Source of the DNA: an uncultured Anaerolineales bacterium
Lineage (GTDB): Bacteria; Chloroflexota; Anaerolineae; UBA7937; B3-Chlor
DNA length: 64,000 nt
Direction: 5' to 3'
Assembly (NCBI GenBank): GCA_964347945.1
Contig: CAYGAW010000186.1
Span: forward strand, 13,865 to 77,864
The notes beneath the pieces were generated by a model. The model had not been told where the DNA came from, ran no database searches, and saw nothing but the letters and a program-made list of their open reading frames with translations. Shown here piece after piece: positions 37,453 through 46,579 of this stretch (within the stretch, counting starts at the first letter, position 1; each line of letters begins with the position of its first letter). Both the position numbers and the translations under genes were made by a program.

Positions 37453-39843
37453 ATGAAGAAAGTCAGCAGACGCGCCTTCCTGAAGACCCTGGGGGCACTT
37501 ACCGCAGTCGGGGCTCTGGCCCGCTGTAGTGCGAGAGACCTGGTCTCGAATGCACTGCCTGGTGCCGTGGCACAGCAATTGCCGCCCCCACAGAATGAAA
37601 GGTGGGTGCGAAGTGTCTGCCAGCTATGTCCCGGCAACTGCGGCATCTCGGTCAGAGTCCTTGACGGACGAGCCGTGAAGATCGAAGGCAATCCGCTTCA
37701 TCCCATCAATCAGGGTGCCCTTTGCCCTAAGGGGGTGGCCGGACCGCAGATCCTCTACAATCCGGATCGCATCAGGGGACCTCTGAGAAGAGCGGGGGAC
37801 AGCTGGGAAAGCATATCGTGGAATGAAGCGGTTGATCTCGTCGTAGACAAGCTAGCAGAAATCCGGGACACAGGCAAGCCTCACACCGCCGTCTTCATGC
37901 ATGACGGCAGGCGAGGCCCCATGAGCGACCTCATCGCCAGATTCTGTCAGGCTTTTGGCACGCCCAACAACGTGGCAACCGATCACGTTAGGGCCGACGG
38001 CACTCCGCTGGCTCACTATTCGACGCTAGGCTGGAAGGACCACGCCGGCTATGACTGGGAGAACGTGAACTACCTTCTCTGCTTTGGCGGGTCGTTTCTG
38101 GAAGCCTGGCAACCGACGGTCAGACAACTCTGGGCCTACAGTCATATGCGCCGGGGACGGCCTGGTACCAGATCCCGGATAGTCCAGATTGAGCCGCGCT
38201 TGTCCGTCGCGGCGGCCAAGGCCGACGAGTGGATCCCCATCGTGCCGGGCACTGAAGGAGCTTTGGCCCTGGGGATCGCTCATGTGATTGTGGACCACGA
38301 ACTGTATGACAAGGGATTCGTCGAAGATCACACGCTTGGCTTTGAGGACTGGACGGACGAAGCCGGAGAGGAGCACCTTGGTTTTCGCACCCTGGTGTTG
38401 CGCGACTATCCGGTCGATGAGGTGGCTCGCATAACCGGAGTCTCCGCCAGCACCATCCGTCAACTGGCACGAGACTTCGTCGCGAGCAAGCCGGCCGTGG
38501 CCGCGGGAGACGCGAGCGAACACACCAATGGGCTGTTCAGCCAAATGGCGATTCAGTCCCTCAATGCCCTCGTGGGGAGCATCGGCGTGCCAGGGGGGAT
38601 GATAAGACAGCGCGACGTCCCGTTCGCGCCCTGGCCAGACCTGGTTCAAGATGACGTCGCCACCGCGGGTGTGGCTATGACCCGGCTCGACCGGGCCGAC
38701 ACCAGCGAATGGCCGCTCGCGGACAGCGCCTATCAGGCTTTCCCTGAGGCCGCTATGAATGGCGATCCCTACGAGGTGGGCATCCTCTTCTTGTACCAAG
38801 CGAATCCCCTCTATACTGGTCCCAGCGTCAGAGCCTTCAGGGAATCCTTCGACAGGATCCCGTTCATCGTCAGCTTCTCCCCCTTCCTGGACGAGAGCAC
38901 ACAGCAGGCGGACCTGATCCTGCCCGATTGCACTTATCTGGAGAAGTGGCTTTATTCTCCCATCGAGCCCAGCCTGGGGTATCCCGTGCTGGGGTTGGTG
39001 CAACCAGTCGTGGGCCCTCTTCACGAGACGGTGAACACGGGCGATGTCCTCCTTGAGATTGCTCGCAGGCTAGGCAGTACGATGGCCGCATCCTTCCCCT
39101 GGGCGGGCTTCACGGAGTTGATGCAGTTTAGGCTAAGAGGCGTTTTCGAAAGCGGACGGGGCCTAATGGTGCGAGGAACCTTCGAGGAGTTCTGGGATGA
39201 ACTGAGAGCCAGAGGGGTCTGGTATGATCCACCATATGAGTTTGAGCAATGGGAGCGGCTGTTTACCACCCCATCCGGACGGTTTGAGTTCTATTCTCAG
39301 CACCTGAGGGCCAAGTTGGAAACCCTGACCGAGCATGACCGCCAAGAGCTGGAAACGGTCTTGGACGATCTACGGCTCCAAGCTCGCGGGGACGAGCTGG
39401 TCATGCCGCACCACGAGCCTGCTCGGTACGTTGGCGACGAAGAGGAATACCCCTTCCACCTCAATGTCTATGAGTTGATGGCCTACTCTCAAGGAGGTGG
39501 GGCAAACTCGCCCTGGATGCAGGAACTATTCGGCTTGCACATCAAAGAGATGTGGGACAGCTGGATAGAACTCCATCCTCAGACGGCTCGAGAACTAGGC
39601 ATCTCCGACAGGGATGAGGTGTGGGTGGAGTCGCCAGTCGGCAGGATCAAGACCAAAGCCCGGCTCTACCCTGGCGCCATGCCCAACGTGGTGAACATGC
39701 CTCTGGGGCAGGGGCATTCAGCTCTTGGCCGGTGGGCAAAGGAGAGTGGCGCCAATCCCTATCAGATAATCGCGGATGAGTCGGACTTGTTAACTGGCCA
39801 ACCGGCCAGGCTGGCCACTCGAGTGAAAGTGTACAAGGTGTGA
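37453..39843 (+). CDS. Tat-exported molybdopterin-oxidoreductase-family subunit A1 (lacks the conserved Cys at the putative Mo-ligand position)
   Basis: Twin-arginine signal SRRAFLKTLG, FS0 motif CQLCPGNCG...CPKG, and molybdopterin-family blocks (VQIEPRLSVAAAKADEWIPIVPGTEGAL). Paralogous to 48603-51002. Confidence 0.9.
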   Translation: MKKVSRRAFLKTLGALTAVGALARCSARDLVSNALPGAVAQQLPPPQNERWVRSVCQLCPGNCGISVRVLDGRAVKIEGNPLHPINQGALCPKGVAGPQILYNPDRIRGPLRRAGDSWESISWNEAVDLVVDKLAEIRDTGKPHTAVFMHDGRRGPMSDLIARFCQAFGTPNNVATDHVRADGTPLAHYSTLGWKDHAGYDWENVNYLLCFGGSFLEAWQPTVRQLWAYSHMRRGRPGTRSRIVQIEPRLSVAAAKADEWIPIVPGTEGALALGIAHVIVDHELYDKGFVEDHTLGFEDWTDEAGEEHLGFRTLVLRDYPVDEVARITGVSASTIRQLARDFVASKPAVAAGDASEHTNGLFSQMAIQSLNALVGSIGVPGGMIRQRDVPFAPWPDLVQDDVATAGVAMTRLDRADTSEWPLADSAYQAFPEAAMNGDPYEVGILFLYQANPLYTGPSVRAFRESFDRIPFIVSFSPFLDESTQQADLILPDCTYLEKWLYSPIEPSLGYPVLGLVQPVVGPLHETVNTGDVLLEIARRLGSTMAASFPWAGFTELMQFRLRGVFESGRGLMVRGTFEEFWDELRARGVWYDPPYEFEQWERLFTTPSGRFEFYSQHLRAKLETLTEHDRQELETVLDDLRLQARGDELVMPHHEPARYVGDEEEYPFHLNVYELMAYSQGGGANSPWMQELFGLHIKEMWDSWIELHPQTARELGISDRDEVWVESPVGRIKTKARLYPGAMPNVVNMPLGQGHSALGRWAKESGANPYQIIADESDLLTGQPARLATRVKVYKV

Positions 39844-39867
39844 AGCGTCACGAGGTTGGAGGTTCCG

Positions 39868-40560
39868 ATGCCACGATGGGGAATGGCTATTGATCTGGAC
39901 AAGTGTGTAGGCTGTCAGGCTTGCAGCATGGCCTGCCGGGCTGAGAACAACGTGCCTTTCGCTGGCCCGGACGAAGCTCGCCTGGGACGACCCATTTTCT
40001 GGCACAAGGTAACAACCGAGGTAGAGGGTGAGTACCCGCACGTTCGGGCCCAGTTTGTCCCCCAGCCCTGCATGCACTGTGACGACCCTCCCTGCGTCGA
40101 GGTCTGCCCGGTCGGAGCCACTTATGCCACCGATGAAGGAGTGGTGGTCGTGGACTACGATGTCTGTATCGGATGCAGATATTGCGCTACGGCCTGTCCC
40201 TACGGTGCCCGAGCATTCAACTGGTACGAGCCACGATGGCCTGCGCCGTACAACCAGTATCTGAACCCCGACGTTCCGTTGCGTCCTAAGGGTGTGGTAG
40301 AGAAGTGCACTTTCTGTAGCCATCGTTTGCAGCGGGCCAAGCAAGACGCAGCCGCCCAAGAACGTGAATTGACGGACCCGGATCTGGTGTTGCTTCCTGC
40401 CTGCAACCAGATCTGCCCAGCCAAGGCTCGCTACTTTGGAGACCTGGAGGATCCGCAAAGTACGGTGTCGCGGCTGGCACGCAACCCGCGCGCTTTCCGC
40501 TTGCTCGAGGACTTAGGAACGGAGCCCATGGTCTACTACCTGGCAGAGGAGAAGAGTTAG
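39868..40560 (+). CDS. four-cluster [4Fe-4S] ferredoxin subunit (PsrB/NrfC/QrcC-like)
   Basis: CVGCQACSMAC..., CMHCDDPPCVEVCP, CIGCRYCATACP, CTFC...C..ICP cluster motifs. Confidence 0.9.
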   Translation: MPRWGMAIDLDKCVGCQACSMACRAENNVPFAGPDEARLGRPIFWHKVTTEVEGEYPHVRAQFVPQPCMHCDDPPCVEVCPVGATYATDEGVVVVDYDVCIGCRYCATACPYGARAFNWYEPRWPAPYNQYLNPDVPLRPKGVVEKCTFCSHRLQRAKQDAAAQERELTDPDLVLLPACNQICPAKARYFGDLEDPQSTVSRLARNPRAFRLLEDLGTEPMVYYLAEEKS

Positions 40561-41835
40561 ATGGAGGACATGGAGTCCGGCAAATACACCGCGTTGTTCA
40601 AGCCGCTGGTACATACGGGTAGAGGCTTCTATCCCGTGGCGGTCATCCTTGTGCTCATCATTGCCTGGGGAGTCGAAGCCTACGCCCGCCAGCTCACCCA
40701 TGGGCTTGGTGTGACTGGCCTGAATGAGCCAGTCTTCTGGGGAATGTACATCAGCAACACCGTCTTCTTCATCGCCATCAGCTACGGTGGCACTCTCACC
40801 TCCGCAATCCTGCGCATCCTTAACGCGGAGTGGCGAAAGCCCATCACAAGAGCCGCGGAGACAATAACTGTCTGTGCTCTGATAGTCGGGTCACTGAATA
40901 TCATCATTGACATGGGAAGGCCGGACAGGATTCCCTTACTCCTCATGCGGGGGCGTCTGCAATCGCCAATATTGTGGGACTTCTACGCCATCAGCCTTTA
41001 CTTGCTTTGTAGTGTCATATACCTCTACCTCCCGCTCATACCGGACTTGGCCATCTTGCGCGACAAGTATCCAAGTAGAAGGCGGCTGTACAGCTTCTTG
41101 ACCCTGGGCTGGACTGGCAGCGAGAAACAGAAGAGAAGACTGGACACTGCGATTGGTGTCATGGCCCTGCTGATGATTCCCATCGCTATCTCGGTACACA
41201 CGGTCTTGGCCTGGCTCTTTTCGATGACCATTCAGCCCATGTGGCATAGCACTCTCTTTGGCCCATACTTCGTAATGGGTGCAGTCTACAGTGGCATCGC
41301 CACGCTGATCATAGCCTTGGCTATCCTCAGGCGCGCATTGCGCTTGGAGAAGTATCTCAAGCCGGTCCATTTCAACAACCTCGGACTGTTGCTTCTCGTT
41401 CTGACATTCGTCTGGTTCTACTTCACTGCGGCTGAGTACCTGACCACCTACTACGGTAACGAACCTGCCCACATGGCCGTCTTCAACGCAAAGTTCAGTG
41501 GAGAGTTCGCGCCACTCTTCTGGCTCCAGGTGCTATTGTGCCTGGTGGTTCCCGTCGGCATCCTGGTTCCTCGCCGCACACGAACCATAGCCGGAACTGT
41601 CATCGCTGGTGTGGCTGTCAACATCGGCATGTGGCTGGAACGCGTCCTCATCGTGGTGCCCACGTTGACTCACCCCAGGACTCCTTACGGCTGGGAGATA
41701 CTCTATCGTCCAAGTGTGGTGGAGTGGGCGATAATGGCCGCATCTGCTGCTGCCATCGTACTCATGTTCATGTTCTTCACCAAGCTGTTCCCTATAGTCT
41801 CCATCTGGGAGATGGAGGAGGAGGCCGAGAAATGA
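40561..41835 (+). CDS. NrfD-family integral membrane quinone-interacting subunit (424 aa)
   Basis: Polytopic. Conserved with its paralogue at 46580-47899 (GVTGLN.P.FWG.YI.N.VFFI..S.GGTL.SAILRI..AEWR.P.TR.AE). Its size fits 10-TM members (QrcD/ActC/DsrP type). Confidence 0.9.
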   Translation: MEDMESGKYTALFKPLVHTGRGFYPVAVILVLIIAWGVEAYARQLTHGLGVTGLNEPVFWGMYISNTVFFIAISYGGTLTSAILRILNAEWRKPITRAAETITVCALIVGSLNIIIDMGRPDRIPLLLMRGRLQSPILWDFYAISLYLLCSVIYLYLPLIPDLAILRDKYPSRRRLYSFLTLGWTGSEKQKRRLDTAIGVMALLMIPIAISVHTVLAWLFSMTIQPMWHSTLFGPYFVMGAVYSGIATLIIALAILRRALRLEKYLKPVHFNNLGLLLLVLTFVWFYFTAAEYLTTYYGNEPAHMAVFNAKFSGEFAPLFWLQVLLCLVVPVGILVPRRTRTIAGTVIAGVAVNIGMWLERVLIVVPTLTHPRTPYGWEILYRPSVVEWAIMAASAAAIVLMFMFFTKLFPIVSIWEMEEEAEK

Positions 41836-42908
41836 AACGTCACGCTCTCTGTCTCAGCGCTCCCATACTGCTGGCCCTGGCTCTTGTCATCGCATTTCTC
41901 GGAGCCACCTCTGTCAGAGCTCAACCCCCGGTCCCCCATCCGGTGGAGAAGGGTGGGGCCTCGTTTGAAGACTGTCTGGGCTGCCACCGCGCAGGCATGG
42001 GTGACGCGCCCGTACCTGCCGACCATCGGCCCTATGACAATGAGACTTGCGCTGCTTGCCACGGTGCCGCCCGGCTTCAGCCTCCCAGTATCCCTCACCC
42101 GGAGGACACGGAGGGCACTCCGTATGAGAACTGCGTGGGCTGCCATAGTGCGGGGCTGGGTGACGCGCCTATCATGCCGGACGATCACCAAGAGCATGAG
42201 AACGATGATTGCGCTGTCTGCCATGGCGCCGAAGTCCTTGAGGGTCCTGTCATTCCGCACCCCGAAGAGAGGCAAGGTACGCCCTTCGAGGATTGCGTGT
42301 TCTGCCACAGCTCAGGACTTGTGAACGCACCTCTGATGCCCACCGACCATCAAGCGCATGACAACGAGGACTGCGGCCTTTGCCACGCGACCGCCGGCCT
42401 TGCGCCTCCCAGCATCCCCCACGTCCGTGAGCGGACTTGCGCGGATTGCCACCGGACGGGCGCGTACGGGGCGCCTCTCCTGCCCGCCGATCATCAGGCA
42501 CATGGTGATGAGGATTGTTTCCATTGCCACTCCACCACCGGGCTTTCGGCCCCTGTCGCCCCACCTCAGATGGAGGGACGCCGGGATTGCCTGTCGTGTC
42601 ACCACGACCCCCCGCCTGAAGGAGTACTAGCACCGGTGAGTTCCGACCACGACCACTCTGTGTACACTAGTGACACCTGCCTTAGTTGCCACAGACTCGC
42701 CTCTGAGACGGGCCTCATCGAGTCACCCACCAACCAGACGCCGGAGTGGCCCTCTGAAACCCCGACGGGCGAGGTTTCTTCGCTCTCCGCCCAGCTGAAA
42801 CTGGATGAAGACAACGGTGCGAGGGACGCTCTCATCCGGCGGTGGGCTACGATCATCGGCGTATCGGCGATCTGTGTGATCGTGTTCACGGTGCTCAGGA
42901 GAACCTAG
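41832..42908 (+). CDS. decahaem c-type cytochrome, five tandem di-haem modules, C-terminal TM anchor
   Basis: ATGA overlap with the NrfD gene, signal peptide, 10 CXXCH motifs arranged as 5 x (PHP.E....C..CH...G.APxxPxDH......C..CH), and a C-terminal hydrophobic helix. Confidence 0.9.
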   Translation: MKRHALCLSAPILLALALVIAFLGATSVRAQPPVPHPVEKGGASFEDCLGCHRAGMGDAPVPADHRPYDNETCAACHGAARLQPPSIPHPEDTEGTPYENCVGCHSAGLGDAPIMPDDHQEHENDDCAVCHGAEVLEGPVIPHPEERQGTPFEDCVFCHSSGLVNAPLMPTDHQAHDNEDCGLCHATAGLAPPSIPHVRERTCADCHRTGAYGAPLLPADHQAHGDEDCFHCHSTTGLSAPVAPPQMEGRRDCLSCHHDPPPEGVLAPVSSDHDHSVYTSDTCLSCHRLASETGLIESPTNQTPEWPSETPTGEVSSLSAQLKLDEDNGARDALIRRWATIIGVSAICVIVFTVLRRT

Positions 42909-43090
42909 GGCAAGAGGTTCAGTAGTCTGAATTCGCTGATGCGGACTTGCAGTCTCAGGTCTTCTGATCGCGGCGTGCTTGCCCAAGAAAGCGTCATTGT
43001 CGCCGGCTGTTGGGGTTGTCGCGGTCCGCATAGCCCCTCCAGACCTTTGAGCCCACATCAATCCTGATGCCTTTCGTGGGACATTATGCA

Positions 43091-43145
43091 AACCGTGAGT
43101 GCGAGGCCTCTGTTGAAAGACCCCTCTCCCTCGAGCCTCACGGTT
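43091..43145. terminator. long hairpin in the convergent gap between the two cytochrome clusters
   Basis: AACCGTGAG..CGAGG-22 nt-CCTCG..CTCACGGTT. The flanks are only weakly U-rich. Confidence 0.3.
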
Positions 43146-43222
43146 GCTTGCTGGCTCCTGAGACCGCCCAAGTGTGATGAACGGATGCGCCTCAACCTGT
43201 GGTGACGGCGCTACCTTGGGGG

Positions 43223-44230
43223 CTAGTCTCCAGGCTCATGACACAGCACGCAGACCTCATTGGCTCGGTCCGCGTGGTCCGCAGGGAACTGCGGTGCGCC
43301 GCCAACCCCGGCCTCATGACACGCCCTACAGTCCGTGCGGTTCTGTAGCGGATGCGGCACCACGGGTGCCATGGCCTCAGCGGGGGCAGTCTCCTCTGGC
43401 ACGACCACAGCATGGCAGACCCGGCAGACCTCATTGGCTCGGTCAGTGTGATCGGCAGGAAACTGGGGTGCCTCCCCAACTCCAGTCTCGTGGCAAAGCC
43501 GACAGTCGGCGCGGTTCTCCACCGGGTGCGGCACCTCAGGGGCTATGGTCTCGGCGCGGGGAGTCTCCTCTGGCTCCGACACAGCGTGGCAGACTTGGCA
43601 GACCTCATTAGCTCGGTCCGCGTGGTCAGGTGGGAACTGAGGAGCGTCGCCTACTCCAGTCTCGTGGCAGAGTCGGCAGTCGGTACGATCCTCCAAGGGA
43701 TGCGGCACTTGAGAGGGCATCTCGCCCAGCACCGGCGTTTCTTCAGGAACCGAGATGCCAGGGGCGGCCAGGTGACACGTCTGACAGATGTCCACGGGCA
43801 GCCCCCTGTGATTCTCCGGGATGCGAGGGGCATAGGCGATTCCCACCTTGTGGCACATCAGGCATTCCTCGCGGCCCACTAGATCATGCGTAATGTCTGG
43901 TGGGGCGAGGGTGGAAGGAACTGGCTCTGGAAGCAGTGCATGGCACGTCGAGCACAGCTCCGCCGGTCCCTCATGATCACTGTCCGCAGGCATGGGAGGT
44001 GCTTCTACGGCTCCGACGGGATGACACAGAAGGCAATCCCTCCGCGCGCCCTCCACGTCGTGAGGGATAGGAGGCGGCACCTCAGTCAACAGCGGCACAG
44101 TGGTCGGCGGTGGAGAGGCCGCTGGTGGCTGAGGCATCAGGGCCTCCCCCATCGTGGGCAAGCAGCCGGCTGAACCCAAGGCCAGTGACAACACAAGTAA
44201 GCCCCGTGCTATGCAGCGCGCCCTCCTCAC
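43223..44230 (-). CDS. decahaem c-type cytochrome lipoprotein, five tandem di-haem modules
   Basis: GTG 44230 (GTGA overlap with the upstream stop, GGAGGTGA SD), lipobox LALGSAGC, and 10 CXXCH motifs. The last three modules are near-identical. Confidence 0.85.
   Translation of the reverse strand: MRRARCIARGLLVLSLALGSAGCLPTMGEALMPQPPAASPPPTTVPLLTEVPPPIPHDVEGARRDCLLCHPVGAVEAPPMPADSDHEGPAELCSTCHALLPEPVPSTLAPPDITHDLVGREECLMCHKVGIAYAPRIPENHRGLPVDICQTCHLAAPGISVPEETPVLGEMPSQVPHPLEDRTDCRLCHETGVGDAPQFPPDHADRANEVCQVCHAVSEPEETPRAETIAPEVPHPVENRADCRLCHETGVGEAPQFPADHTDRANEVCRVCHAVVVPEETAPAEAMAPVVPHPLQNRTDCRACHEAGVGGAPQFPADHADRANEVCVLCHEPGD
43226..43745 (-). repeat. intragenic tandem repeat, 174-bp (58-aa) period, about 3 copies
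   Basis: The string cagacctcatt(g/a)gctcggtc recurs at about 43251, 43425 and 43599. The protein modules are VPHPLEDRTDCRLCHETGVGDAPQFPPDHADRANEVCQVCH, VPHPVENRADCRLCHETGVGEAPQFPADHTDRANEVCRVCH and VPHPLQNRTDCRACHEAGVGGAPQFPADHADRANEVCVLCH. Confidence 0.8.
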
Positions 44231-45549
44231 GAGTTCACCTCCTCGCGTCTCCGCTGGATCAGAATCACTCCCATTAAAGCCGCTATTGCCACCAGCGCTC
44301 CCCCAAGCCAGGCCCACGGAATTCCTCCCAGACCTGGCGGCTCGATTGGGGGTTGAGTGGGAATGGGAATCGGTGTGGGCACCGGCGTAGGCGGCAGCGC
44401 TGGCGTGACCGTCGGGACCGGGGTTGATGGCACCACCTCCAAGCCGAGCACCTGTGCTGCCCATTCCGGGGTCTTATCAATGTGACAGAGATTGCAGGCG
44501 TTAGGCATGGCCTGTTGTCCCCCATAGCGGATGGTGGTCACCGGGTCCGGGCCCCAGAAGGTGTGGCTGTGAATGTCAAAGTTGTACTCGGCTGTTGACG
44601 CCTCGGCCAGAGCGGGCATGTGGCAATCAGTGCAGAAAGCGCTCTGGGTCTGCATGTAGGGCACGTGGGCCTTCAGGTCTCGCTTCTCCTCATGGCAGAT
44701 GAGGCAGCGATGATTGCCGACCCATCGGGTCTGATGAGCCGTTTCCCCGCGGCTATGGGACACATGACAAAAGACGCAGCTCACGCCGGCCTCGTGGGGG
44801 CTCTTCTTCCAGTCGAGATACTCTTGATGGTGGGCCTTAGAGGAACCATCGGGCCAGAAATGCTCCTCGTCCGTGGCGGCTATGAAGGCATCGTCCAGCT
44901 TGAGTGGGCCGCCGGGCTGGAAGTCAATGGGAAACTCATAGACACCCGTGGGATCCGTGCCTCTGCTGTGGCATTGGCCGCAGATCTCGGTCTGGGCCTG
45001 GAACTCCTCCAAGGCTGGGTTGACGATCGCGGCCCGCTCTCCGGCCAGCGCCACGTGCTCGCTGCCCGGTCCGTGGCAAGCCTCGCACTGCACTCCAGCT
45101 TCGGCCCATGTTTCGGTCTCGGCGTCAAAGCCCGTCGTGTGGCAGCCTGCGCAGTAGCGCGAGTATGGTCGATCCAACCAGTCTTCCGGGTGGTAAGGCA
45201 CCCACTCGCCGGGAGACACGTTCCACTGGGAAGGCAGCACGTACAACTCCCCATCGACTTCGGTCAGGTAGCGCTGGCTAAACTGGCCGCCCACGACGTA
45301 CTCCACGTCATCGCCACTGAAAGTGAGGTCGGGATCGCTAGAGGTGAAGTCACCCACAATAGTCTCCTCGTTCGCAGGGCGGAGCATCTTGGCGTGCCAG
45401 GTCTGTTGGAATGACCCATGCTTGGCTCCGTGACACGGGGCGCACGTGTCTGACCCGACGTACACCGGCCCCTGCGCCGTGGCCGTCGCGAAGGTCAGCA
45501 GGACGGGGATAACCGCTATGAGGCCAACAACTACCACTACCTTCTTCAT
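44227..45549 (-). CDS. octahaem c-type cytochrome with PT-rich linker and C-terminal TM anchor
   Basis: Signal peptide MKKVVVVVGLIAVIPVLL..ATAQG and 8 CXXCH motifs (CAPCH, CAGCH, CEACH, CGQCH, CVFCH, CLICH, CTDCH, CNLCH). The start ATG overlaps the upstream stop (TGATG). Confidence 0.9.
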   Translation of the reverse strand: MKKVVVVVGLIAVIPVLLTFATATAQGPVYVGSDTCAPCHGAKHGSFQQTWHAKMLRPANEETIVGDFTSSDPDLTFSGDDVEYVVGGQFSQRYLTEVDGELYVLPSQWNVSPGEWVPYHPEDWLDRPYSRYCAGCHTTGFDAETETWAEAGVQCEACHGPGSEHVALAGERAAIVNPALEEFQAQTEICGQCHSRGTDPTGVYEFPIDFQPGGPLKLDDAFIAATDEEHFWPDGSSKAHHQEYLDWKKSPHEAGVSCVFCHVSHSRGETAHQTRWVGNHRCLICHEEKRDLKAHVPYMQTQSAFCTDCHMPALAEASTAEYNFDIHSHTFWGPDPVTTIRYGGQQAMPNACNLCHIDKTPEWAAQVLGLEVVPSTPVPTVTPALPPTPVPTPIPIPTQPPIEPPGLGGIPWAWLGGALVAIAALMGVILIQRRREEVNS

Positions 45550-46529
45550 CAATCCTCCTCGGCGAGCGAGTTGCCCCCGAAAAGCGCTTTGCAGGTCGGG
45601 CACAGGCCTAGTCTCTGTCGAACCCCTTCATTGACGGCAGCCATTCTTTCCTGTAGCTTGTCCACTAGCACAGCGGACACTGTGGGCTCACCGCACCGTG
45701 GGCAGATGACCAGGGGTGAGTTCACAAGAACCACGCGCCCACCTTCGAAGCGAGCTGAGCGCTCCACTATCACTGCCTGCTCAGGACACCATTGCTGGCA
45801 GGCAGCACAGCCATCACAAACTTCGACGCGAAAGACAAGCTGCATTTCGCCCCTGTCCCGGGTCAGTCTCAAGGCCCCGGGTAAACAAACTCGGGCGCAG
45901 AGCCCGCACAGCGTGCACTCTGGGCCAAGAGCCACGGTCCATCCATCGCTGTCGCCAATCGAGCTTGGTGCTGACGCCCGCAGCCAACTCCTAAGCTCGG
46001 CCATGTCTTCCGCTACTTGCTCCCAGGCTCGCTGCGCCAGGCCTGCGTAGAAGGGATGGGCTTCGCCAGCGAGCAATCTCTTGCAGAAGCTGGGCAGCCA
46101 GCGCCCGAGGTGTTCCCGCAAGAACGATTCCTCCTGGCGCAGGTAGGCCTCTGCCCTGTCCACATCGTTCTCCTCCCATGCCTCGGCTTCCTTCCTGGCT
46201 AGATACGACATGAACTCCAGCTCCACAGCCACATGGTCCGGCAGCAACTGATCTTCTGGGCCCAGTCCCTCCTCCGCATAGCGCTCGCGGACTGCCAGAG
46301 TGCACTCGCCCATCACCTGGCCCTCGCGGTAGACGGACTCGCAGGGATGAGCTACCGGCCTACCTGGCCCGACGAAGAGGCGGGTGTACTCGGCCTCCAG
46401 CCCTTCCTCAGGCCCGGCAAGACCCTGAGCTAGGCTCGCGTAACTTCGGCTACGAGCCCGCGCTGTACTGACGTCCATGCTGTTCTTCGGATACGAGAGA
46501 TACTCTACTGATAGCTGTTCCCCCGTCAT
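45549..46529 (-). CDS. TorD/DmsD-like chaperone domain fused to a 2x[4Fe-4S] ferredoxin and a Cys4 ribbon
   Basis: N-terminal YASLAQGL..P...L..EYTRLFVGPG...HPCESVY...PDHVAVELEFMSYL (TorD family), then CTLCGLCARVCLP and CDGCAACQQWCP, then CPRCG...CPTC. Confidence 0.8.
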   Translation of the reverse strand: MTGEQLSVEYLSYPKNSMDVSTARARSRSYASLAQGLAGPEEGLEAEYTRLFVGPGRPVAHPCESVYREGQVMGECTLAVRERYAEEGLGPEDQLLPDHVAVELEFMSYLARKEAEAWEENDVDRAEAYLRQEESFLREHLGRWLPSFCKRLLAGEAHPFYAGLAQRAWEQVAEDMAELRSWLRASAPSSIGDSDGWTVALGPECTLCGLCARVCLPGALRLTRDRGEMQLVFRVEVCDGCAACQQWCPEQAVIVERSARFEGGRVVLVNSPLVICPRCGEPTVSAVLVDKLQERMAAVNEGVRQRLGLCPTCKALFGGNSLAEED

Positions 46530-46579
46530 TCCTCAACCTGTCCCAGCAAGGGCAGAGGAAGCGCTGTGCCGATCAGATT

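Noticed and set aside
41538-41831. N-terminal extension of the decahaem cytochrome ORF (track start 41538).
   Set aside because: The extension overlaps the NrfD gene in another frame and has no signal peptide. ATG 41832 gives an ATGA coupling and a clean signal sequence.
43226-43745. The regular ~174-bp repeats could be mistaken for a CRISPR-like or satellite array.
   Set aside because: The repeats are in-frame coding modules of a multihaem cytochrome. There is no repeat-spacer structure.
44231-44464. N-terminal extension of the minus-strand decahaem ORF (track start 44464).
   Set aside because: It overlaps the octahaem gene's C-terminus. GTG 44230 with a GGAGGTGA SD gives a lipoprotein signal (LALGSAGC).
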